Source of the DNA: Takakia lepidozioides
Taxonomy: Eukaryota > Plantae > Bryophyta
Length of the DNA stretch: 64,000 nucleotides
Assembly: GCA_030704615.1 (NCBI GenBank)
Contig: CM060732.1
Location: 37,820,001-37,884,000 of the forward strand
Reading direction: 5' to 3'
Shown here: piece after piece, positions 1 through 12,869 of the stretch
Numbering within the stretch: the first letter of the stretch is position 1
Layout: every line of letters begins with the position of its first letter
The notes under the pieces: model-generated
Told to the model about the DNA's origin: nothing
Seen by the model: only the letters and a program-made list of their open reading frames with translations
Database searches by the model: none
Position numbers and translations under genes: made by a program

Positions 1-179
1 CTCTACCGCGCACGACTGTCCTTGAGCTGTCCTTGAGCTAATCAAGTGCCATGCAATTGGCAGGCCTAGGAAAAGTAAGAACATTGTCAAAATATTCGAA
101 AATTGCTTTGTATATGATCCGTGCATCAAATAGAGAGAGGAGACATCGACGCTTGAACATGGGTTGTGGATCATTGCAG

Positions 180-2864
180 GTGCACTATGATGACATTTCT
201 ACTAGGCACCTTAATGTGAACAAGCATGTGCAAAGCCTAGCCATTGCTGCTGATGGAAAAATCTACTGTGGCTGCACTGATAACAGCATTCAGGTCAGAT
301 TCCTTTTAACTATTTTGTCGACTATTTTATCATGGTGCCTCGTATGCATTGACTTCCACAGCATGCAACGAAGTGGTGAACAGAGTTTGGACATTGTGCC
401 AATTGACGTGAGCAAACTTGCAGGAATTGGATCCTTCCGGAAGTCCAGTGGTGACTATTCAACCAGGTGTGAAAACCTTGCTTGCATCGAGAAAGGTGAT
501 CTATGCCCTCCAAGTCCACAAGGACTTACTGTACTCCGCAGGATCCATTTCGGATGGTGTCGTTGCCAAGGTATTTTGACCAAATCCACTGTAGATCTAT
601 ATAGGAGAATTCAGCAGCATGGAAGATTCATCACATGCATTTGAGAGGAGTCCCATACGCTGGATTTCGCTCGTTCATTATTCCTTTCTTTGATGTTGCC
701 CTTTTGGCACAATCCCCGGTCTTCCTGCAACGCCATCTCCACATTTTGGAACAGTTCTCCAACTATGAGATGCAAGTCAATCTTAGCAAGACCAAGATCA
801 TGGTCTTCAATGGCCAGGCTGATCGTAGATTCATCTTCAACCAGCAGGAAATTGAGATTGTGAAATCATACCGGTACCTGGGTCTGGTTATCCACTCCCC
901 CAAGTTTCACTTTGCAGCCACTGCACTGGACAGATTGACTAAAGGTAAGGTGGCCTCCGTCCGCCTTCAGGCCAAATGCAAGCAAATACATCTGCGTCAT
1001 CCCCCAACCAAAAAGTGGCTGTTTGACACCGTCGTCAGCCCTGCTACCATCTATGGTTGTGAGTTCTGGGCACCTGGTGTCCCTGTCTCCTGGTGGGAAA
1101 AGAATCTGGAACCATTGCAGTCATCTTTTCTCCAAGCAATGCTTGGCGCCAGAAGCACAACTCCATCTCAGATCCTAGGTGCGTTCGCATGTGTACCATT
1201 GCAATCCGGGCCCTCTTCCGGCTTACAATCTTTCTCCATAGATTACAGGCCCTTCCACCCAGGGGATCGTGGCAAGGGCCCTCGCAACATCTATGAGGCT
1301 CAAAGCTGCAGGTTTGAGGAACTCCTGGTATGCTCGAGTGGACAGTTTATTTCAACGCAACGGACTCTCTACTGCTTCCCTATTACCAATGAATCCAGAT
1401 GAGGTGGACATCACATCCAGACATGACCGCAACGGACTCATTAGGAGAGAGCTTATGGAATTACATGTCAAGAGAACTTGGAAGCTACCCAATCTCACGA
1501 CAAAGCTCCACTTCTATCGAGAGACATTCTTGGTGCTCCGAGATGATACAATCTTGAGACCAAATTACCTTTCAGCATCCTTATCTCCTTCTCTCCTGAG
1601 GGCATTGGGGCGGTTCAGGATGGGTTCCCACAACCTACGGATAGAGACTGGCATATGGGAAAACCTGCAACGGGAGGACCGCCCAGCTTGCAAAGTGGGA
1701 GATTCCACTGTTTATTCAGTGGAACCCAAACTCTCACTGATGTCTTCCACTATGAATGCTTGGCGGCCTACCTGCACGAGGCCTTCACCCTTAGACAATC
1801 GCTAGAACATTAGTTCTTATTCTTTGGTTCTGGATTTGTTCCTCTCTCATGTTTTCTTCCATTTGTCCGATAAGCTCTAGGAGCTTTCCGCGAACGTTAT
1901 AAAGCACCATTTCATTTCATTCTTTTATACACTGGAAACAGCAGACCCATTAACAACACCAATGGTCGATTGAAGTCCTTCCAAAGGGTCCAAAGTTCAC
2001 GAATATATCCTCTTGCATGCTGAGCTTCTAATACTTCGGTGATTGAATGAGAAGGTGTGGAACCGACTGGACAAATCCATGGTGGGCTCAATCTCTACAA
2101 CAGCAGAAGTCGGAGCTATTGCGGTCAGCGATGACTTGATTTATCTTGGCCTAAGCAGCGGTATCATTGAGGTATCAACCATAACTCGACCATCTTCGGA
2201 GCATCTCTTCCACCCACGAGTGCTACTGAAGTTGGTTTGAATTTGGGTCACTGGATCTTGAATTCGATGTGCATACTTGTTGTACCACCGCTTTGTCGAA
2301 TTGGAACAACGTGAAGTCCACAATTAGTACATTGATCGAGAAACTCTTCAAACTTTCTATCACCAATGTTGTTGGGTACTTATTGATCGAGAAACTGTAT
2401 GCTTCAATGTTGTACAAACCATGCGGTATGAGGTTTTAAAAGAACATCGACAAACGATTGGCCATAACAAATGCAGATGTGGCTACAAGAGAAACTGGTG
2501 AAAGTCTCGCAGTTGACAGTGGGCAGCAAAGTTACGACACTCTTGCTGTATGAAGACGTACTGTACAGTGGTTCCGAAGATGGCAAAATACGAGTATGTT
2601 CGCTCAATCTGCTCTTTTGAATTAATGTGAGAAAACTGTATATGAGACTGCGTGTGTACGTACAAAGTTCATCATGAAGAAACTACCAAATCGGAAAGGA
2701 ACGCCATAGCCTCCTCAATTGGTGACTTTGTTCAAAAGAATTGACGAACAATGTTCAAGCTGACCATCACGGCAGATTACAAGATGATATTCAAGCATCA
2801 TATGCTGTCATTCTTACCCAATTCTTGTTCTCATGGATGTATGCAGTACTGGACGGTGCCATAA
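180..2864 (+). CDS. 3' exons of a WD40-repeat protein resembling the C-terminus of LIN/CERBERUS-type U-box E3 ligases (5' part outside the window)
   Basis: In-phase GT-AG exons 180-293, 424-570, 2055-2171, 2477-2593 and 2847-2864 give ...KIYCGCTDNSIQELD...YALQVHKDLLYSAGS...AIAVSDDLIYLG...DVLYSGSEDGKIRYWTVP*, which are WD40 blades. Confidence 0.8.
635..1922 (+). mobile_element. 5'-truncated non-LTR retrotransposon (RTEX/CR1-like ORF2 C-terminus) inside an intron
   Basis: VNLSKTKIMVF...YRYLG (RT thumb) and RFRMGSHNLRIETG, with frameshifts. Ends in an AAGCTC-TAG-GAGCTT hairpin and a (CATTT)n tail. Confidence 0.85.
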
Positions 2865-4158
2865 GGATACCAAGCTTGCCATGTTGACCACTATCTAGAG
2901 CCACCGACGAGCTCAAACACTAAAACGACAAATGCCACAACAGCAGCAGGGTCAATTTCATAGCAGGAGACATGGTGAAAGATAAGCAACAAGACTCTTG
3001 TCGGGATCCCTCTTTCCAGTTATGGTATGCCTGACCCAAAATGAATGCGCACCACATGGAAATAGATGAAGCCGTTTTGACCATGGCAACCATGAGGGTG
3101 GCCTCTCTTCCACTTGAGCAGGCTGCCCAGTTGTTGTGGGTGGTCCTTCCTTGCCTGTGCATAACCAGGGTGATCCTCCGTTCAAACCTTTAAAATGTTC
3201 TCCCAGTCATCGACCGGCGCTCAAGGGGCAGTGTGTAGGCTCTGTAAATTCCCAGCAAACATTCCTCTCTTGTCTACTGCATCCATTCTCAGCAAAGGGG
3301 GACTGCGGCAAGCAAAAGTCTAAATCTCTTCTTTCTTTATAAGTTGGGGAATGCCCAGATTAGATGCTTCCCACTTTCCAGGTTGGCTTTCAGTTCCTGC
3401 TGGTGCCTCGGCTCCTATTGCTGGCTGTTAGTTGAGCGTTACAACACAGACCAAATGTGCACACAAGTTGTGTACTAGACAGTGGTTTGAAGAAAGGGTG
3501 CTCTTCCCCTCAGTCGTTGAGAGCACCAGCAAAAGTAGGCATTACTCTTATCGGGTGAAGAGACCGCAATCTATGTTGGAGGGGGCTAGTGTTCTCCTCC
3601 TCTCAGGAGCTGCGTTCTTCCTTGGGTCTGAAATGTGAAATGACATTTCACGTCAAGTTCATGCAAGTGTAAGGAGGTTTTCTGGAGAAAAACGTAGACC
3701 AGAATCACTTTGGACTCATTCCCGATGCTGGTTGGCAGAAACTTCTGGAATTGCATGGGAAGATTCACAGATGTGCAGAAGACTATATCAGAGCAAGGCT
3801 CCAGCGATAGTAGTAACGCTCATTCAACTTTTCTCTTGTGCCCCTCTCAAATTATCAACTGAGCACGTGGTTCTATGGCCACCAACGAATAGTCTAACAA
3901 GGAGATGTCTCCCATACTTGTCAATCAAAAAGTTGTTGGCCTTTTCATGCTTCCCTTGCCTTTCTGCTTCTCTATCTTGTACTCCTCTGCAATATACCAC
4001 AGAAAGGATGCCAAGTTACATAAGAAACTAGCTGTCTTTGCCAACTTTAGTGATTATAGTACAGAAATGATTTAGGGCCCACTTCATACTACAGCCCAAT
4101 TGACAAACCAGATTGAAATGCATTTGTTTGTAAATAGGGCTTTTGAGGCTTCACACTA

Positions 4159-4345
4159 GGGCGCAAATGAAAACCCAAGCCCTGTTGGCAGCCAGTCAGC
4201 ACATAATGAGAACCCAGCTCTGGGTTCTCAATTTCAACCTAACATTTGTCAATGACACCTGAGGCGCTCCTGACATCGCCCTGCCTGACACACACTCTTC
4301 CTGTAGCGCCATACTCTTCAAGCTTGGGTTTTCACTTGGTGCCTG
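4159..4345. mobile_element. Small MITE-like foldback element
   Basis: Imperfect inverted ends GGCGCAAATGAAAACCCAAGC / GCTTGGGTTTTCACTTGGTGCC and an internal hairpin GAGAACCCA-gctc-TGGGTTCTC. No TSD identified. Confidence 0.4.
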
Positions 4346-6624
4346 GCACTGTACACAGAAGAGGTTGGGTTGTCATTGATTTTGGACATTCCTGCATGTG
4401 GCACTCTTGACAACCCAAAATGAGATACCATTTTGTCGAATTTGGCTGTTGAACGAGAACTCAAGTGTAAAGTGGAATAAAACCACACTCATGCTTGCTT
4501 CGCTGAAGCTAACAGTCCTCGCTTTTGCTTGGAAGGGAGCAAAGTCCAGTCTCACTGTCTGTTCTGGTCAACTGCCCTGACCTAGGTAAGCCAACTTCTT
4601 TCCTACATCCTGAATCATCTAACCAGCTTTGTGTAGAAGCCAGAGAAACTGCTAATACAAAGACCATAAATTAATCTTGACATAGATGGAAACAACAAGA
4701 GGCTCGTCATACCAACACGGTCGGCCAACTCCAGTCGAGCTTGCGAGTTTTCTCTGTATTGTTTGATTTTGTTTTGCAGGTCCTGTCTACGATCTGTAGG
4801 GCAAACCAACAATAACACGACGTCTTAGAAATTGCAAGTTGAGTTTCAGTGGAAATATAAAAGGGAATCCTTCGACAATTCACTCAAACATCAACCCACC
4901 CGTTTACAGTGTCCAAGGTCCCCCTAGGACTCCTGTGGAAATGATGCATTTCTTTTTCTTCTAACTCTCTCTCCCAAGCTACAGCAGACAGTCTTATGAG
5001 TACATTCTCCCAACCAAAACCAGGTTGATGATACTCTCACGTAAGCCCTCTGACCCTCCTGTTGACATGGCAAATTTCTCTCCTTCTCTCTTTATGCTGT
5101 AGACATTAGAGCTTCCTTTCTTTCTTCTCTCTTTCTAGGGCTCCTGTAGTCCCTAGTGTTGGAGGGTTGGTCTCCCAACCAATATAAATGATGAGGTCTA
5201 TTTCGTACCAAATTGATCCAATGATAAAGAACTGAGTAAATGGATCCTCAAGTGCATAATTTATTTCATCCACAAAGGAGGGACACTATTACTCGTGAGA
5301 GTTTTCAGCAAAGTTGGTGACCTGCATTCTGCTATTTTCTCACCCCGTCCCCACCTTTCAGTTCTGCAGATGCAGGGTCTATGACCACGAGGCTACTGTT
5401 TCTTTTGTTCTACTGGGTCCATGGGCCTCCTGTGATGGCATGAATATGTATATTTTCTGCGTCCCTCTGTTTTTTTCTGTTCGCTTTCTCTTTAAGTTTG
5501 TTCTAACCCTGCAACCGGGCTGTCGGCGGACCAGTGCCGCCTTAATGACAGTTGCGGTGAAACAAGTTTATACCTGCAGCTGACTGCGAGGATAAGCTAA
5601 ATCCTGGCGGGTGTGAACCCCACAAAAGGCTCCAGGAGGGATTAGTTTCCCGTGGGGCCAATGGCCGTAAGGCTATGGCAAGCCAACGTTCACAGGGAGC
5701 AACATGAGTACATTCTTTAAGTTTGTTTCTTTTGGTCACACAGACATTCTGGGTAGTTGTTTCTTTGTCGTTCCATGAGCTTTCTGGGTTTGGTGGATTT
5801 AATACAGTTTCTTTACGTTCTTTCTTAAATTTTTCTCCTTTCTTTCCCTCTTGTGTGGCAAAGCACAAACTTACTCTGGAACCCTTCGAGGCTTTGATTA
5901 TGTGCACTCTTAAGCTCTTGCAACGCAGCAGCTGACTCCTCCTTCGTTAACCTCCGGCCTCCCTCAGTCGTCACTGATATAGGCCGGCCACCATAGCCCA
6001 ACTCCGTGTGTCTTCCAAATGAAATTCTGCGTTTATGTGGACTCGCATGTTTTTTTTGCAAGTCTCCTTCACCTTCATCAAATTCATGAAGATATCCAAG
6101 TGCATAAGTTGAACAGATGCATCCTACTTTGTCAAAATAAAATTAGGAAATTGTGCATGATTGCGGTGGAGGTATGTACCCGCATGTAAGAATGAAATGG
6201 GGGACTTACCTACGAGAAATTCTGGAATGAAGCAAGCTGCCAGACACAGAGGGTATTTAAGAGATTTTATTCACTCTTTCATGGGGTTGCATTCACAACA
6301 ATTGCTCAAGGGCATGAGCAAGTGAGTTAGTGAAAGATACAGCAGTTAATGAAAAGAGCAGCCCTAGAGCAGTTTAGCTTACTTGGAGGCCTACGGAGCC
6401 TGATATGAATGCCGGATTTGCCAGAGATCATAACTGGTTCTTCCATGGTCTTTGTGTTATCTGGGAGTTGTCCATGTGCCACCCGCATCAAATGTGATCC
6501 CGTGCCTTCCCTGACAAGCTCCAACAGTGCCCTCGCCTCTGAGATTGCGAGCACGCTCTGGGTTGGTGGCTTTCTGCCCGAGCTCTCCAAGTCATACAAC
6601 GCTGTTTATTTTGTCATTCCCATA

Positions 6625-7380
6625 ATGCAAAAAATCAGTGAGATTGAACAAGAATAGGTCAAAGTAATCAGCAGGCTTCACATCTGACTGCACAACTAGA
6701 GGGCAGAGGATGAAGAGAGGGCTGGAAAGGATGATTTGTGGGTGTGTGAGCATGCAACTGATTGGCCATGCTTATCGTACCTTGCCTTGCATTGATTGCA
6801 AGATTCCTGCAATGTGAGCAAATTAGATAGTGATCACCATTCAAGCATCCCTGTTTGCAAAAGCTGTGACTCGTAGAGAGACCCCCAAAATGATGAAGCA
6901 AACGAGACCAGAGTGCCCACCTGAAGGTGTCCGGGACTGCTTTTGAAGGCTATAGCGGATACCAGGCGTCAGAGACTTTCGACCAGCGTTGCATGCCCTG
7001 TGGGATGCCGCAATCACCTCCCTGGCGCGGGCGTGCAAGCCCTCCAGGTGCCGGTGCAGCCTCCGTTCCGAGGGTTTGAGGCTGGTGTACAAATGGTGGG
7101 ATGCACCACCTACAGACGGTGCCCGCACACATGCAGAAGGCTCCGCAATCCTGGTAGATCCAGGTGACCCTGTAGGCCATCCTTTTCTCATGCTGCTGTT
7201 GCCAGCGTCCGAACTTCATGAATTTAGGTTTCCTTCATTCATTCGAGGAAGTGTGTCTCTGTCCTTTTAATCCACCATAGCACACTTTGATGAGCTGTAG
7301 TTGCATCCATGCCTGAAGAAAGAAGGCTCCTCGTGATCCTGAAGCTTGCAGCTTCTGCCTTTCGGGCTGCCCAGAATTGA
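6625..7380. repeat. Dispersed direct repeat, copy A (copy B at ~23175-23836)
   Basis: Colinear high similarity from TGCAAAAA(A)TCAGTGAGATTGA to GGGCTGCC..GA.TTGA, with indels. Confidence 0.9.
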
Positions 7381-8323
7381 TGACAATGTAGGTCTCGCTC
7401 AAGATTAAGTCAAGTTGGCCAGGCTGGATACTCTGTGTCTTCATGACCCAAAGCATTCAGCATCCCATTTATCAGATGGTAGACATATGCTGTACAGACT
7501 TGTCAGACTGTGATCTCGTGAAGACCTCCATCGCTTCCCCAAGGTCCCAAATGAGAATCAGTTCCTGATTGCCGTTCCGTGTACCTCAATGCTTGGCTAC
7601 TAACGAAGCATGCAAGCTTCAACTGGATCAGACGGCAGGAATCTCAACCATAACACATATTCTACTTGCGTCCGTTACATTATACAGAACACCCATCCAC
7701 GGGCAGGGACATCCATGTATGCTCTATGGATGTAGTATGTATATGTGTATGTATGTGTGAAGAACTTTTCCTGGTGACTCACCAAGGCTAGAAAACTTGG
7801 CTTTGTATGGATGTGAATTTTTCTAAATTCTTTTTCTTTTTTTTTTGAACAGCTGGGCCCTGGATATGTATTAAAAGGACATGGAAAGAATAACCGGTGA
7901 GGGGTTTACAATGGGAATTCTTTTTATAAGGGGAAATGGGGAAGAGTGCCCTGCAGCTTTTTCCACCCTTCATTGCAAAATCTGCACCCTTGGCCACCTT
8001 TTTATTCATTACTAAAATTTGTGTGAAGTTGTATTTGTTGGCTCTGTCCCAATTTACTTGGGATAGAGGCATTGTGGGGACTCCTTTTGAGCGGGTATAG
8101 GGTGCGAGTAATGGAGGTAGGCTGAATGGATAAGCCTCCAGATATACCTTCATTAGGTGGTGAGGGTTTGGATCCCCCTTCCCTAGTTAATACATATATT
8201 ATTAACTTTAAGGAAGATTAATATATATTCCATTTGAATCATTTGTAAGCTTTTTCACCTGAAGACGTGTCAAAAGATAAGCATACACTTTTAATGTAAG
8301 AGCATCTATATCTATGTATATAC

Positions 8324-8545
8324 CAGTGTTGTGCAGGTTCTGCCTTTTTAAGGAACCCGCCGGGTCCGGGTGCGGGTTTTTTTTTTCGGAGCCAAGTCCG
8401 GGTCCAGATTTGGGTTTTTGAAATTTGGAAAAATCCGGGTCCAGGTTCGGGTCCGGGTTTGTCAACACGGACTCGGCGTTAGGGTCCGGGTAGTTGTTGG
8501 GAAATATTAGCGGGTTCACAGGTTCGGATCCGGGTCCTAATTTAT
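8324..8545. mobile_element. hAT-like transposon terminus with GGGTCC/GGGTTC subterminal repeats
   Basis: Starts CAGTGTTG and is followed by about 10 short (C)GGGT(C/T)C motifs. The matching end was not found. Confidence 0.4.
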
Positions 8546-8979
8546 TGATTAAATAAAGTAGAAAATTAAGATTAATTAGGGATAAAATTATTTTTGGCTG
8601 GAAAAAACTTTAAATCCTAATAATGAATTTTATTTTAAGAGACATTCCTTTAAAATATACCATGAATATGAATATGTATACCATGAATAAAGGAATTAAA
8701 TTAAGTTTGAGTTCCATTTTCTATTTTTCAATATCAATTCTTTAAACATGTTAAGAATAGTAATATGCCTCAAGGGTAGATCACTGTAGCATGGATATGT
8801 GGGATATGGCATAATAATAATATATGACGTCTCCTTTTGGAGGTGTAAATTATGGTCCCAAAGGACACAACTTTGTGACACCACTCCGGGGATTGAACCC
8901 ACAACCGCGTGATCCTTTTGGGTTGATGGGATGGCAAATCCTCCATGGGTCATGACACAAGGTCAAGGACAATGTGGTG

Positions 8980-10550
8980 AGGGCACCTTCTTCTTCGACC
9001 TATTTCAGACTGTCTTGCCCTCTCAACAGAGTCGGCCCTGAATTTGCAGCACTGAGCAGACCTGGCATGAGTTTTTAGAAGATTGACAATGGTGGGACAA
9101 TTGCAATTGCAAGGTGTGGTGTTTTCTTAAGGTACGATGTGAAGATTTTTTTCCATCCTGCTATTGCGGGCTCTTGCTTCCTGTTAGTACTTGATTTGGT
9201 ATTCTTCCAGATGTTTACAAGGTTCTTGGGAGAGTCAGCTTGTTCTAAGCAGGCCGTGCTCAGCTGCACCGTGGTGGTTCTCACTGACCAATCCGTCGTT
9301 ACCTGACTACAGACAAGTATACACACACAAGAGGTCCTCTTTTGATCTCAGTCCAAACCAGGAAGTGGTCAGAGGTACCAATATCAGTTCTGTCGATCAA
9401 CACATTGGCACACTGGGGGAACAAATTTTTGTCCATTATGATATAGTCCACAATGGAACGTTTAGGGTTTGGGATTTCTCACGATTCCACTGCACTTGGT
9501 CACCTACAGTTGAAGTCCTTGCCCTTGGTTGTCTTCCTAGAGCGCCCCATTGAATCACCAATGTGTAAGACCGCTCTCTAGCCAGTCAAGGGATGAACTT
9601 CTTTGAGATTGAATTGATGTGGGACTCTATTAGAAGCACTTTTGGTCATTGCAACCTTCAACGTACACCTGTTATCAATGAGAGAACCCCGGACAGTGTA
9701 TCATAAAATGAATACTGTCTTCAGATTGTCCACACAATGGGAAGTGCGCTCTCCCTTTCCTCTCTGCTTCTGTTTGCTGTTCAAAGGTAGGCTGGCTGTC
9801 CTGAGTTTAAATTTCAGTCTAGTGCCGAGAGTGGGTGGACCCTTGAGGTCATCCAAGATGTCCTCCCCCATGTCACTGACTGGAAACAAGTTCAGGGAAG
9901 TTTTCTGCCTAACTTCATTTTCATCAGACAATCTCATAGCAACAGACATGGCTTTGGACACTGCAACCTCTAAGTCGGATTTATCCAGCAGGGTCAAGAC
10001 TTGCGGATCCAGGTGCAGGTCCTTGAGAATCTTTTCTACTCTGGTGTTGGGAAAACACCTTTTGAACTCAGTCCAAACCAAGAAGTGGTTAGAGGTACCA
10101 ATATCAGTTCTGTCGATCAACACATTGGCACACTGGGGGAACAAATTTTTGTCCATTATGATATAGTCCACAATAGAACATTTAGGGTTTGAGATTTCTC
10201 ACGAGTCCACTGCACTTGGTCACCTACAGTTGAAGTCCTTGCCCTTGGTTGTCTTCCTAGAGCGCGCCCCATTGAATCACCAATGTGTAAGACCGCTCTC
10301 CAGCCAGTCAAGGGACGAACTTCTTTGAGATTGAATTGATGTGGGACTCTATTAGAAGCACTTTTGGTCATTGCAACCTTCAACGTACACCTGTTATCAA
10401 TGAGAGAACCCCGGACAGTGTATCAGAAAATGAATACTGTCTTCAGATTGCAGTAGCGGCACAATTGATAAAATTAGGCACTGCTGATGAAGGCACCTTC
10501 TTCAACACATTTCACCCTGTTTTCCCCTCCTATCATAATCGGCCCTAAAT
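8980..10550 (-). mobile_element. Rearranged LINE relic: duplicated APE endonuclease end fused to an ORF2 C-terminal piece
   Basis: GDFN...DYIIMD...TSDHFLV motifs occur twice (~9346-9725 and ~10066-10447), separated by a RLKFKLRTASLPLN segment. Confidence 0.7.
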
Positions 10551-10639
10551 TTTCATGTTGAATTATGCAAGTTAGCTGGTTGAGTGAATCTAGGATAGTT
10601 TGGAATGACTTTGACATGACATGATACCAGTCCAACACT

Positions 10640-11637
10640 GGTCTGGAAGTTGGAAAACAGGTGCATACTCACATCATCCAAAATGGATTAACGTCAAATG
10701 TTTTTCTTCTCAACACCCTTGTCAACATGTATGTTATGTGCGGGAGCATCATTGATGCTCACCAAGTGTTCAACAGAATGCCTCAACGATCTTTGATCAC
10801 GTGGAATATAATGTTAGCAGGATGCAATGCGTGTGCAAGCCTGGGAGCTCTGGAAAAGGGGAATGAGGTCCATGGTGACATTGTCAAAGCTGGATTTGTA
10901 CCAGATGTCATTCTGAACACTCCCCTGGTGGACATGTATGCCAAATGTGGGTGCATTAAGGATGCGAAGGGAGTTTCCATGGCTGAACGAGATGTGGTGT
11001 CGTGGAGTGCGATGCTTGCAGGGTATGCACAGCAAGGACGTGGTATGGAGGCTTTGGAGACCTATGATCAAATGATGGGGGAAGGGGTGAAGCCCGACCA
11101 CATCACGTTTGTGTACATTTGCAATGCGTGTGTAAGTCTGTCAGCTTTGGAAAAGGGCAAAGAGGTCCATGGCGACATTGTTAGATCTGCAATTGTATCA
11201 AATGTCATTCTGAACAGTACCCTCGTGGACATGTATGAAGGGAGTGTTCGACGGTATGGTTGAACGAGATGTGCTGTTGTGGAGTGCGATGATTGCAGGA
11301 TATGCACAGCAAGGGCGCGGGATGGAGGCTTTGGAGGCCTATAAGCAAATGATGTGCGAAGGGGTGAAGCCCGCACTTTGCATTGCATGATGTTGAGGAA
11401 GAGCTTAAAGAATCGTCTCTTTGTCACCACAATGAGAAGCTGGCCATTGTTTTTGGGCTTATCAACACACCCTCTGGGATGTCTTTAGGGATCATCAAGA
11501 ATCTTTGGATGTGTGGTGATTGCCACACAACCACCAAATTCATCTCAAAGATAGCTAAGCAAGAGATTGTTGTACGGGATGCAAACCGCTTTCACCACTT
11601 CCAAAATGGTGTTTGTTCTTGTGGGGAGTATTGGTGA
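10640..11637 (+). pseudogene. PLS-class PPR protein with DYW deaminase domain, truncated and frameshifted
   Basis: LVNMYVMCGSIIDAHQVFNRM and DVVSWSAMLAGYAQQGRG PPR motifs. C-terminus [12 protein letters not shown]...CGDCH...[16 protein letters not shown]. Reading frame broken near 11235-11345; E domains absent. Confidence 0.85.
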
Positions 11638-12869
11638 AATGAAATGCTTGTCATCTAATTGAATGTATTGAACTCTGTCAACTGCGAGTCAGGTTGGACT
11701 CCAACAGTGGCAGCAAAGGCGCACGAAATCTCTTTCTGGAGAGGAATTCTCAACAGTAGGTTTTGAACATAATTGGACCTTGCGAAGGTTGAAACTGTAG
11801 AACAAGTTCAGAAACTGTCCTAGTTGATGAACAGAGGTGCAGTGACTAGGTCTTGGTCTTCAAGAGGGTCACTCTCTGATGAAATACCCAGGAGTGCATA
11901 TCAGAAAATAGAAACTTTCTTCAGGCCTCTTGCACATAGGGCATTGACAATGTCCCTTTCCTCTCGGCATCTGATTATTGTTCAAAGTGAGATTCCACAA
12001 CAAGTTTTATCGAGGGCAAACAATTTTTTTAATTAATTAATTAGATTTTATTCTATTTTTAAATTAATAAACTTGATATAATATTAAAACATACATATAC
12101 ATATTTGAGGGCATTTTTTAATTATTGAAAAGGGAAATATACATACAGAAGGGGGTATTTTTTTTAAATTACAAATTTCTATATATTTACAGGAGGGGGT
12201 TTTATAATCTTCAAAATATATGTACAGAGGGGGTATAAATGATCCAAAGACCCGTATACAGGGGTTTTTTTTATTAGGTGGCGAACGCACGTGATACGGA
12301 CATTTTATAAAGAGTGCACCCCTCAGGATTATGAGCTGGCCGGTATACAACCATCTTGGACTCTCCAACCGCCATCAATCCTATTCAGTTGCTCGATACC
12401 CAACCATGTTTGATTCTGCAACACACAGATGTTCACATTTGAATCTAGCAAGGTAAGTAGTATGAAAAAACAAACATGAAGTTGAGGCTGAAGTTTAATA
12501 TGCAAAAGGTACTATAGTTACAGATCCTCATCCCCCTGCACATGGGATTTGGGTCAGCCTACGCCAATCATGTCAGCTTTCAACACAACAAACAAGAAAG
12601 AGGCAAACAAGAAAGAACAACAAAAGAAGAACGAGAAGAAGAAGAAGAGAAGAAAACACCTTGTACGCATTGTATGCAAGACGTGAGTCGCAAGAGAATC
12701 ACAAACGCCGTAGAGCGCACACGATTGAGGCCCTGGCAGGTCAGCCCAAGCCCATCGAAGCAGGAGCACGAACAAGCACGACAGCTGGAAACCCTCGCTC
12801 AATCCAGATGGAGAACCCTACCTCCACGACGAAGTGAACAGCACATGCAGGTCCGTGTGGTGCGATACC

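Noticed and set aside
51-644. 197-aa ORF as a complete gene
   Set aside because: It reads through introns; only 180-293 is coding in that frame.
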